Positions 53,725 through 64,000 of a stretch of 64,000 nucleotides of DNA are shown piece by piece. The DNA lies in the NCBI GenBank assembly GCA_964016885.1, contig OZ024744.1, forward strand, positions 89,528,001 through 89,592,000, in the 5' to 3' direction. This stretch comes from Eledone cirrhosa (lineage: Eukaryota). How positions within the stretch are numbered: the stretch's first letter is position 1; the number at the start of each line of letters is the position of its first letter. The position numbers were made by a program, and so were the translations under genes. Below the pieces are notes generated by a model, which was not told the origin of the DNA, did not search any database, and was given only the letters and a program-made list of their open reading frames with translations.

Positions 53725-56700
53725 TTGTTCTTTGAGTCTCAGTCATTGATGTTAGTTAACTGGAAAGTTTGTTGAAATGAATATCAAGCCACTACCTGCA
53801 TCCTCAGATATTCAGGACGTATCGGAGTGTTCTTGCTGTTCCCAGCAAGCATGCCTTTTGAAGTGTTCCAAAAAGCGGGGCGGGGCCAATTTTCTTTAAC
53901 CATCCCTGGAAACTTTTTGAGATAGTCCCTAGTGCTCCTATGACAATCGGGATCACTTTGACTTCATGGCAGTTCCAAATCCTTTTTACCTCCCACTTCA
54001 AGTCCTGGTATCGGTTAATTTTCTCCCTCTTATTCTCTTGCACTCTCGTGTCGAATGGGCAGGCCACATCCACAATAAGGCACGATCTTTTTTCCTTGTC
54101 CAAAACCACCAGGTCAGGTCTATTGTGTTCCAGTTTCTTGTCCGTCTGTATCCTAAAATCCCACAGCACCTTCACCTGATCGTTTTCTATCACCGACTCT
54201 GGCTTATGCTCATACCACTTCTCAGAATGTGGTAAATTGTTTACTTTGCATAGGTGCCAGTGGATCACCCTGCCCATCACATCATGTCTCCAGCCCTTAT
54301 AGTGAGTCTGGGCTAGGTGTTTACACTCGGATACAATGTGAGCCACAGTCTCCTCTCTCCACAGATCCTGCACAGTGGGCTAGCCTCCTCCTTGTAAATA
54401 TGGTGTATCAGCCACTTCGTTTTGAGGGCCTGCTCTTGCGCAGCCATTAGCATTCCCTCTGTAGCCTTTTTAAGGTCCCCTCTTCTCAACCAGTTCCATG
54501 TCTGTGGATCTCTGAATTCAGTTTTCTCAAAGAAGGTACTATGAAGGGATTTTTCATGAAGGCTGCTCTTTCTCATCGTTGTTATTTCCTCCTTGGAGAT
54601 CCCCTGGTCTATTGTCCTCTCCTTCAGTACAATTCTGAGCATTGGCTCCTTACTATCAGTCACATCTTTGTGTAGGTTGTTTTTCTCCATCTGAACACAG
54701 TTCTCTATGCTGATAAGACCTCTTCCACCTTCAGATCTCCTTAAGTTGAGTCTATCGACATCACTCCTCTTGTGGAACATGTTGTAGATAGTCAATAGCT
54801 TCCTAGTCTTCCTATCCATTTCTTTTTGTTCAGCAACATTCCATCTCAGAATTCCTGCACTTATGCATTCCTACTGTATCGGGAATTTACTGCACGTATG
54901 GCATTCCTACTGTTCAGATGTGACTTTAATACGCTCCTTACTCTCCGAATGTATTCAGATCTTATCAATTCCTTCATTTTTTTTGTTCTTGATGTCATCA
55001 GCCTCCAGAACACCCAAATACTTGTATCCTTCTTCAGTGTCAATTTCCTTTATCATCTCACCTGTTGGTACCTGGATTCCGTTTCTTCTGCTCAATTTAA
55101 CCCTCTTCATCACTAGGACTCCACACTTACTAATACCAACTTGCATACATATATCATTGCTGAAAATACGGACAGTGTCAACAAGTACATCCAACTCCTT
55201 CTCACTCTTCCCGAAGAGCTTAAGATCGTCCATAAAGAGGAGGTGGTTGATGGTAAGCTCTCCCTTTCCCAACTTGTATCCTGCTCTCACTTTTCGCAGT
55301 ATAATGGTCAGGGGCATCAGGGCAAGGACAAACAACAGAGGGGACAGACTATCTCCCTGGAAGATACCTCGCTTGATCTTCACGCCTCCCAAGGATTCTC
55401 CAGCTGATGTTTCCAGGACTTCATACTTTTGCTCAACAACTGTCTGATGTGCTACCTTGAAGATCTCTAGTCTTTTGGTGATCCAGGAATGAGACACCAT
55501 GTCAAATGCCTTTTTGTAGTCTATCCATCCCATGCCAAGACCAGTGTGTCTCCTCTTGCAATTCCTCATTACCATCTTATCAATAAGTAACTGGTCCTTT
55601 GTACCACGGGACTTCTTTCGGCATCCTTTCTGTTCGTCCGGTAACAAGTTGTTTGTGTGGAGGTGATGGTAGATTTCCTCAGACACAATGCTCGTCAACA
55701 GTTTCCACATTACGGACAGACATGTGATAGGTCTATAGTTGGTAACATCATTACGCTTGATTCGGTCTTTCATTACCAGAACTGTGGTACCTTTTGTCAA
55801 CCACTCTGGTTCCTCACCTGACATCAAGCAGTCATTGAACATGGTTATCAGTTTCGGGTGGAGGGATGTTATATTTTTAATCCAATACCTCTGCACACCA
55901 TCTGGGCCTTGTGATTTCAAGTTGGTTAGATTTTTGGCCTGCCCCTTAAGAGTTTCAACTGTGATACTCAAATCAGTTTGTTGGTGTGCATGTTCACTAA
56001 TCACCTTTTGTACTGTCTCAATCGACACTGCCTGGTCATTATGTTTAACATCCTGCTCCCATATTCCTCTCCAAAATGTCTTAGTTTGTTCCGCCTCAGG
56101 CATCAAGTCGTTGCCTCTTTATTTCCCTTCAAGCTGTCCAAACAACATCTTGTTGTCAAACATGCGGTTCTGTCTATACTGACTGACTCTGCTCTCGTAT
56201 CGCCTAATTTTTCCACTCTTTGCTACAATGCGTTGCTTCAGTTCCTCTATGATAATATTTAGCTTTTTCCTCCAATTTTGTACTTTATTTCCAGTCTATT
56301 TTTAGTGTCTATGTTTTTTAGTGTCCCATTCAGTAGGGACTCAAGCTTTCCAATGTCATTTCTCATTTCCCTGATTTAACCATTCAGTCGTTTCTTCCAC
56401 CAAGGTTCTGATCTTTCTTGTTTGTTGTTTCCTCTCGCTTTTATGCCAAGTAATTTCCTCACCGCATTTGCTGTTGCTTTGAAGATATTGTTACACTGGC
56501 GAAGGCTCCTCGCCTCAAGGTATGGGATGACTTTGTTTACCTTAGCTTGTTTCTTTTAACTTTTTCCTGCCTACAAATCTTAGGTTCATAGGTTTCCCAC
56601 TATCATTGTTCAATTCATCTACCACTAAGTTTAGGATATCAACCAAATCTTGTCCTAGCCCGTCAGTATTCATCTCCTCAGTGGCCGTATCTTTGTTCCA

Positions 56701-57265
56701 GGTATTATTTATTTCAGCATTCAGATGGTTCCTCCGTTCTCTCAACCTCTTCACCTTCATTTCCCACTGGCTCGTTTGCCTGGCATACTCCACCCTCCAT
56801 TTCCAACCTAATCTCTCTGCTCAGTTCCTCCAGTTCCAACTCGCTTATCCACCCATTAGTTCTTATTACCCGAGCCTGCCCGGCCAATTTTTGTTCATCT
56901 AATTTAAATAGACCAATCTCGTTCCAGATGTTATGCATCCGTTTGCTATAGCCTTTCTCCTTGGGGTTACTCTTCAGGTAACATTGCATAACAGTTCTAT
57001 TCAATTCTTTCGTCCAGTTGGTTCTGGTCCCTTTCCTTCTTATTCTTCCTCCGACACCAGCAGTATTTGGTTGACAGCCAGGGAGCACCTGCTGGGTGAG
57101 AGTCTGTCACATGACATTCCAATCTCCACTTCACCGTTATTCGAACTGTTTAGGTTCGACATTTAAACACCCTTATCGAGGATTGGTGAATGTTTGGTTA
57201 CATAACCACCGTTGATTTCATCACCCCCGGTGATCTTAGTGTGGTACTATCACGCTGTAGACGAA
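53725..57265 (-). mobile_element. R4/Dong-like RLE LINE family A, near full length, disrupted
   Basis: N-terminal WTKELN..CY..Y.KRM..IW; RT (NYRPITCL, WIDYKKAFD, GIFQGDSLSPLLF, HLLFMDDLKL, YKYLG); CRIC..ETVAHIVSEC; RLE NRPD..DVACP. Confidence 0.95.
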
Positions 57266-57773
57266 CATAAATAAACAAACAAACAAACAGGTAACCCCCC
57301 CCCCCCCTGTTTTGATTTTGATTTTTGTTTTTTTTATTTTTTGACCGGGTCATCAAATCAGTCTATTTATATCTTTTGATGCCTTCCTCTTTTAGTGGGA
57401 ATACTACGATGCCTGTCTTACCAGGAGGTAGTGGGAGAGAATAGCAGCGGTAGCGATAATGAGGCAGTGATGGTGGTGGTGCTGTGCTAGTAGTACTTAG
57501 CAGGAGGTAGTGGGAGAGAATAGCGGCGGTAGCGATATTGAGGCAGTGGTGGTGGTGATGTGATGATGTTGAAGTTGAAGTAGAAATAGAAGTTGAGGTA
57601 ACTTGACTAGAGTTTTTGGCGTGGTAGTGGTGATGGTGGCGGTGGTGGTGTTGGTGGTGAAATTATTTGCCTGTCTGTCCACTTAGCCATTTTTCTCTTT
57701 TTCGATTATAACATTTCTGATCCAAAATTAAATATTAAATATTGGGGCCCTATGCCGTAATGAGATGCGTTAA

Positions 57774-57852
<79 letters not shown>

Positions 57853-57854
<2 letters not shown>

Positions 57855-58032
57855 GGATTGGCAGTATCGGTAGAGGATCGGACGCCATGCTTTCCAGCAT
57901 AGTTATGTCCCTTTACGATCTGAGTTCAAATCCCGCCGAGGTTGACTTTGCCTTTCATCCTTACGGGGTCGATAAAATAAAGTACCAGTAATGCACTGGA
58001 TAATTGCTGGCCTTGTGCCTAAAGTAGAAACA

Positions 58033-58068
<36 letters not shown>
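57853..58068 (+). mobile_element. tRNA-derived SINE within (ATT)n
   Basis: Full A and B boxes and tail; long (ATT)n at 57772-57853 upstream. Confidence 0.92.
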
Positions 58069-58499
58069 TGGTTATTCGAACTTTTTCCATGTTATGCTTG
58101 AAAGAGAAATATGTGTTATGATTCTTGTAAATGTTTAACCACCGGCCGCCCCTACAATACAGTATAGTGTTTCGATATGCCGTAGTAGGTTTAACGAAAA
58201 TATCTACTTCTACTGTATATTAACTCATTCGTTATCATAATTCTAGTTTATGATTTTATTTCTGTTTATGATTTCCAAATAATTTTGAAAATAATTAGGA
58301 ATTTGTAAAGATTTTGAAATATAAATATATCTTTCTCATTTTTAAGCTAATGTTTGGGGCATAATTTAACAAGCGTTCTTCCATAAAATATTGATGGAAG
58401 CGGGGTGGAAATTTAAATGTGAACACTTTAAAGCAAATGAACTTGTTTCGTTATACCAGGGGCGATTTCAGGCATTTTGTTATCAGAAACAATAAATTA

Positions 58500-58690
58500 A
58501 TAATTGTTTCTACTTTTAGCACAAGGCCAGCAATTGTAGTAGTGTATTACTGGTACTTTATTTTATCGACCCTGTAAAGATGAAAGGCAAAGCTAAGCTC
58601 GGCGGGATTTAAACTCAGAACGTAAGAACGTAACTCTATGTCGCAAAGCATGGTGCCTGACGCTCTACCGATACTGCCAATCAAACGCCC
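58500..58690 (-). mobile_element. tRNA-derived SINE
   Basis: Full reverse-complement copy. Confidence 0.9.
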
Positions 58691-59297
58691 TAAAAATAAT
58701 TAATAATGTTAATTTAACGTTGTCAACTTGAATATGAATTTTATGTTGAGGAGAGAGTAGTTCTATTTTGGAGGATTGAGGGAGCGTTAGTTTCCGCTTG
58801 GACCTATAATTTTGTGACGTATCTTATGAGACCAACCAAATGATCGTAAAAGCCAAGTTTCCTCATGATTACAATGGGAGTTTGATGAACAGGGGAACCC
58901 TCCAAGTAGAATTTCTTTTCACAAAGAATACTGTTTAGTACCCTGGGGTAGGGAAAAGTTGTAATAATCTCGAATCCACATCCCAAATCGTACGTGGTGA
59001 GTATTGAAATAACATGAGTGAAAGTTTCAGCAAATAGAAAATGAACTGTTTTTTTTTATCATTTAAGTTACAAACATAATTTGGAAAGCAGGCATGTTAC
59101 AACCTCAGAAATTTAGTCTGTATTATGGTCCCTTAACTCCCGATAGAGTAGTACGGGCGCTATATTGACATACGGTGTTTCTTGGGCATTTTAAACCAGG
59201 CAGAGCTCATCTCTCTCCAAGCCTGAGTACAGCAGATTTCTTGCAAAGAAAGATTGAAAGTGAGAGAGAGGAAATGAGAAAGAGATATAGAGGAAGA

Positions 59298-59455
59298 ATT
59301 GACCCCCAGTACTAGACTGGTACTTTTTTATCGACCTCGAAACGATGAAAGGCAAAATTGACCTCGGCGAGATTTGAACTCCAAAAGCAAAGAGCTGGAA
59401 TTAATACCATAAAGCATTCTATCCGACGTTCTAACGACTCTGCCAATTCACCGCT
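59298..59455 (-). mobile_element. tRNA-derived SINE, related subfamily
   Basis: Reverse complement of ggtgaattggcagagtcgttag..gagttcaaatctcgccgaggtc..taccagt. Confidence 0.8.
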
Positions 59456-60236
59456 TATAACTAAATATAAACTCATAAAAGAATCCCTCACATATCATAT
59501 AGTTTAGTTTCGTTATTCTATCTATTCTTTCACCCAAACACCTAAGGGTTTATGAAACATAAAATCTATATTGCAATCGCTCAATGAATGAATTTTCATA
59601 CTCTTAGCGACATTACTGTGTGTTACATTTCACATAGATCACAGCACAAACCAATATGCACCATTGATCTTGCTCGGAGAGAGAATCCTACGGAATTCTT
59701 TCCACAACCACGCTTTTCCTGCATATATACGTAGACTGACTTATGTCCCAGCTGAACACCGACTAAATCAATTTGATTAATCTGGGAAGGGGGACCTTTA
59801 AATGTCCTGGGCAGTACCCTCCCTCTTTCTGACCAAGGCTCAAATATGAAAAACAATCTAACGTGATTTTATAGGTGTAAAGGTTAGCGTATATTACCAA
59901 CAGTTAATTTATTATCAAGGGGTTAACTACAGAAGAAAATGTTTAACCTAAAAGAATTGGAGTCGGAAGCAAGTAGAAAACATTTTTCTTTATACTTTTT
60001 ATGTAATAGAAAGAATGGTGTTGGGAAAATAGGTGCAAAATATTGAAGCATTGAAATCTGATATTGTGGATCGGTTTACGTAATATGTCGCCCAGATTTT
60101 AATAGAAAGCATTTCGGATCGTGTATCCAGAGACATTATTTTCACATAAGTATACTTTGTAGACTTGGCGCCTGATTCTATTGTTAAACCTAACAAAAAT
60201 TGAGAGAGTTTTGAATTAATGAGATATCCTGTTTAT

Positions 60237-60342
<106 letters not shown>

Positions 60343-60711
60343 AATATATATATATATACATATATACATATATACATATATATATACATATACATATACA
60401 TATATACATATATACATATATATATATGTACATGTACATATACATATACATTCATACATATATATATATATATATGTGTGTGTGTATGTATAAAATATAT
60501 ATATAAGTGGTGTGTATGCGTGAGTGCGCGTGTGAATGTGTATGTGGGATGCCGCGCGGGCGTGTGTTTGCGAATACTTATGCTTTTTTATGGGTTCGTA
60601 TGATAAAACACTGAATATGCCCTGAGTTAAGGACTCGTATATCGAGTATATAGAATCAATGTATAACATTTCTTATTAATAATTGCTGTTTACTTCACAG
60701 ATTTGCTAACA

Positions 60712-61005
60712 TTGACTTTGCCTTTCATCCTTACGGGGTCGATAAAATAAAGTACCAGTAATGTACTGGGTATTTGCTGGCCTTGTGCCTAACGTAGAAA
60801 CAATTATTGACTTGAGGTTGATTAGCAGTGTCGGTAGAGGGTCGGACGCCATGCTTTGCAGCATAGAGTTACGGCCCTTTATGATCTGAGTTCAAATGCC
60901 GCCGAGGTTAACTTTGCCTTTCATCCTTACGAGGTCGATAAAATAAAGTACCAGTAATGTACTGGGTAATTGCTGGCCTTGTGCGTAAAGTAGAAAAAAT
61001 TATTG
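60712..61005 (+). mobile_element. SINE 3' half plus a full SINE in tandem
   Basis: Central domain and tail present twice. Confidence 0.9.
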
Positions 61006-61477
61006 ACTTATCAAAACAATATATATGTGTGTAAGTGTGTAAGTGTGCGTGTGTGTGTGTTTGTTTATTTGTGTGTGTATATTTATGTGTGCGTATTTAT
61101 GTGTGTATATGTATGTATATCAGTATGTATATTAAAATAACTAAAGTCTATGTGCGTATTTTTGTGCGTGAGCAGCCGTTAAACTGTTATATAGAGTAAG
61201 AATATTCATTTTGGCCGATTCTCTGAGTTAACCGATATTCAGCTTAATATTCTATATCTATACGATATTGGAAATATCTACACTGTACACTAAACGTGTA
61301 ACAGTAATTCCATAGAAATAATTTGAAAACTTGAACGCCAGGAATAGCTATTAAAAAAGCCTAATACCGTCAACGACTGCGTATAAGTCGGGTAAAAATA
61401 CCGCTCAGTACTGGAATCGAACTAATGATTGGGAATTCATATATATATATATATATATTATTATTATTATTATTACT

Positions 61478-61695
61478 GAGGTTAACTTTGCCTTTAATCC
61501 TTACGGGGTCGATAAAATAAAGTACCAGTAATGTACTGGGTAATTGCTTGCCTTGTGCCAAAAGTAGAAACAATTATTATTATTATTACTGAGGGTAACT
61601 TTGCCTTTCATCCTTACGGGGTCGATAAAATAAAGTACCAGTAATGCACTGGCTAATTGCTGGCCTTGTGCCAAAAAGTAGAAAATTATTATTAC
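61478..61695 (+). mobile_element. Two tandem SINE 3' halves after (ATT)n
   Basis: ctgagg(g)taactttgcc..ccttgtgccaaaagtagaaa repeated twice. Confidence 0.9.
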
Positions 61696-61772
61696 TATTA
61701 CTTTCAAAGTAAAGGGTGTCATGAATGATACAAAATCAAACATATGTCTTGTCTCTAAATTTTTTAATTTGT

Positions 61773-61819
<47 letters not shown>

Positions 61820-62053
61820 CAAAGATTAATATGGTTCATTGATTACTCAATGAATATAGTTTTACAATAGATTAAAAGCACTCTACAGAAGGGTTTTTCG
61901 GAGTTATTAATATTATTCAGATTATTAATAAATGAAGACATTCACATAATCAAAATATATGTTTTATTATATATATTTCGAAGGTACTGTGCTGTTTTTT
62001 TCTGAAATTGAACTATCAAGACCGTTGTGGTATGTCATACATCAATTCATGTA

Positions 62054-62115
62054 TTTTATCTGACGAGGACGTACTGAAAAAACAGCACAGTACCTTCGAA
62101 ATATATATAATAAAA
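62054..62115 (+). ncRNA. Type I hammerhead ribozyme, core intact
   Basis: ttttat-CTGACGA-ggacgtactg aaaaaacagca cagtaccttc-GAAA-tatata-TA-ataaaa; 6-bp stem I, 10-bp stem II with one mismatch, palindromic stem III, AUA site. Confidence 0.82.
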
Positions 62116-62396
62116 CATATATTCTGATTATGTGAATGTTTTCATTTATTAATATTCTGAATAATATATATATATATATGAAACACAAATTTAAAAATTT
62201 TGAAGACCAACACAATGCGTTATGATGGTTGTTAAAATTGCCAAGATAACAAAAGAATCTTACCTTAGCAAATTTAACGATCCCAAATACCCATTATCAA
62301 GGGAGTGGCAATATAAGAGACTATCCAATTGATTTTAAGTATCTTATAGGGTCCCTCCCTTGATAATGGGTTTTTAAAACTATTTGGGATCGTTAA

Positions 62397-63518
62397 ATTT
62401 TATATACATTACGTGCTAGATTCCCGGACTTCCACACGGGAATATACCGCGGCGATGGTCTGACCCTATGGAGCCTTAAAAGTGCTCACGACCTCGACCG
62501 GTTTAAAAAAGATTTAATTTCTACTTTTAATGAGTTAGGACTTAGGATAACAGTAGCTACCAACCTCTCTAGCGTAGATTTCTTAGACATAAATTTAGAC
62601 CTTCATACACATATCTTCAGACCCTTCCATAAACTAAACGAAAAACTTAATTACATACACAAGGACTCATGCCACCCTCCTACTGTTTTTAGAAACTTCC
62701 TAAATAATATCGGTACTAGAATCTCTAACCTCTCCTCTAATAAAGCAATCTTTGACAGAGCAGCCCCCTACTACAACACGGCGTTAGCTAACAACGGCTT
62801 CTCGCAACCAATTACTTTCACCTCCGCTAACAACAACAACAATAAAAAAAGAAATCGTAACAATAAACAAACTATCTGGTTCTCTCCTCCCTTCTCACTC
62901 ATCGTTAAAACTAATGTAGGAAAAATGTTGTTAGCCCTCTTAGATAGACACTTTCCCATAGGTCTATACTGCTCCATCTTTAACAGACACAGAGTAAAAC
63001 TAGGGTACTCCTGCGCTAAGAATATGAAGGCCCACATCACAGACAGTCCTAAGAGCGGCACCCCATCAGGATGCTCTTGCAGAAAGCCTGAAGCTTGTCT
63101 CTTTCAACAATGCAACACACCCGCTGTAGTTTGTGAAGCTGTGGTCACTTCCAACCGACCAAATCAACAACAGGAGGTCAAATCCTATGTGGGTATGGCG
63201 GAGGGCCGGTTTGAGGAACGCTTCCTGAACCATCAGTCGACCTTTAGGTTCTCGAACAAAAGATCATCCACGAAGCTCGCGAGCCACGTATGGTCTCTGA
63301 AGGACTCAGGTATAGACTACTCCATTCAATGGAAAGCTATCACTAAGTCCACGCCATACGCATGGAGTAATCTGTCTTGTGGACTGTGTATTGAAGAAAG
63401 AATCAATATTCTAAGGAGGTTACGCAATAGCGATTGCTTAAATTCAAGAAATGAACTTTTCTCATGTTGTCCACACGTCTGGAAACACCTCTTGCATAAC
63501 TATAAAGCTCCGGATTGA
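62397..63518 (+). CDS. Penelope-like element ORF, 5'-truncated: RT C-half plus GIY-YIG endonuclease (Naiad-like)
   Basis: Open frame GIYRGDGL (YRDD mutated), VDFLDINLDL, YIHKDSCHPP, IWFSPPFS, KLGYSC, CSC..C..C, YVGMAEGRFEERFLNH, CGLCIEE, LNSRNELFSCCPH; no in-frame TGA seen. Naiad assignment is from memory. Confidence 0.9.
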   Translation: MLYTLRARFPDFHTGIYRGDGLTLWSLKSAHDLDRFKKDLISTFNELGLRITVATNLSSVDFLDINLDLHTHIFRPFHKLNEKLNYIHKDSCHPPTVFRNFLNNIGTRISNLSSNKAIFDRAAPYYNTALANNGFSQPITFTSANNNNNKKRNRNNKQTIWFSPPFSLIVKTNVGKMLLALLDRHFPIGLYCSIFNRHRVKLGYSCAKNMKAHITDSPKSGTPSGCSCRKPEACLFQQCNTPAVVCEAVVTSNRPNQQQEVKSYVGMAEGRFEERFLNHQSTFRFSNKRSSTKLASHVWSLKDSGIDYSIQWKAITKSTPYAWSNLSCGLCIEERINILRRLRNSDCLNSRNELFSCCPHVWKHLLHNYKAPD

Positions 63519-63772
63519 ATAACATCAAGATTCTAATATTCTAATCAACTCGAACAATTTATTCCGGACATTCGCAGTTATCTCCCTTACACCTTTCGAC
63601 CGTGGATTTTAATCGCTTAGGACAAGTGACTGTTTCTGCGCATGCGCGTTCATACTGTTGTTTCTCCTTTTCTTGTTCCGTATAACCATTATCAGTCCGA
63701 GCTTAAGATCCGCATAAGGTAAAACAATCGTTCTCGGTATGGTGAACTAACTGTTGCGTTACTACTTATTTA
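63519..63772 (+). mobile_element. 3' pLTR of the Penelope-like element with a decayed hammerhead
   Basis: ccgag-CTTAAGA-tcc gcataa ggt-AAAA-caatcg-TT-ctcgg at 63697-63737; ends in (TA)n. Confidence 0.7.
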
Positions 63773-63835
63773 TATATATATATATATATAAATACATTAT
63801 CGGAGAAAGCTAATAGCGATACTCCGGCCAAATCT

Positions 63836-63929
<94 letters not shown>

Positions 63930-64000
63930 CAAAGGAAGTGTGGTAAGGAACCAGGTGGACCATAACGCACCAGAGTACTCGATACTTTGGGTAATAAAGT

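Noticed and set aside
57150-57265. HDV-like ribozyme at the R4 5' end
   Set aside because: Only nested hairpins around tcctcg were found, with no P1/P3 topology.
58800-60190. Host exons with Ig-like words on the minus strand (also 51673-51806 and 39412-39588); good acceptor at 60190
   Set aside because: Splice phases do not chain, other acceptors are weak, and similar words appear on the opposite strand; needs RNA-seq.
63790-63838. Small hairpin cggag..ctccg between TA runs
   Set aside because: Possibly a decayed ribozyme fragment, but core nucleotides are absent.

Overview
AT-rich animal genomic DNA, most likely from a coleoid cephalopod (octopus-like; inferred from the SINE families and the (TA)n/(TG)n load). 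I could not confidently identify a host protein-coding gene, and most long ORFs in the track are microsatellite artefacts. The window is a retroelement mosaic: a near full-length RTE LINE, a CR1-like LINE, three head-to-tail Tx1-like LINEs, three R4/Dong-like RLE LINE pieces, a CRE-like fragment abutting an internally deleted Gypsy element with one LTR, a 5'-truncated Penelope-like element (RT + GIY-YIG), about 25 copies of a tRNA-derived SINE, and several MITEs. Two signals stand out. (1) About ten type I hammerhead ribozyme motifs lie in short non-coding, Penelope-pLTR-like cassettes embedded in (TA)n. Several have unusually long stem II inserts, non-canonical 10.1/11.1 pairs and palindromic stem III, and several are folded back into hairpins that turn at the ribozyme. 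(2) The dominant SINE shares its 3' terminal motif with the Tx1-like LINE, and the SINE (ATT)n tails act as landing sites for further LINE and SINE insertions. All folds and family calls were made by eye; no searches were run.
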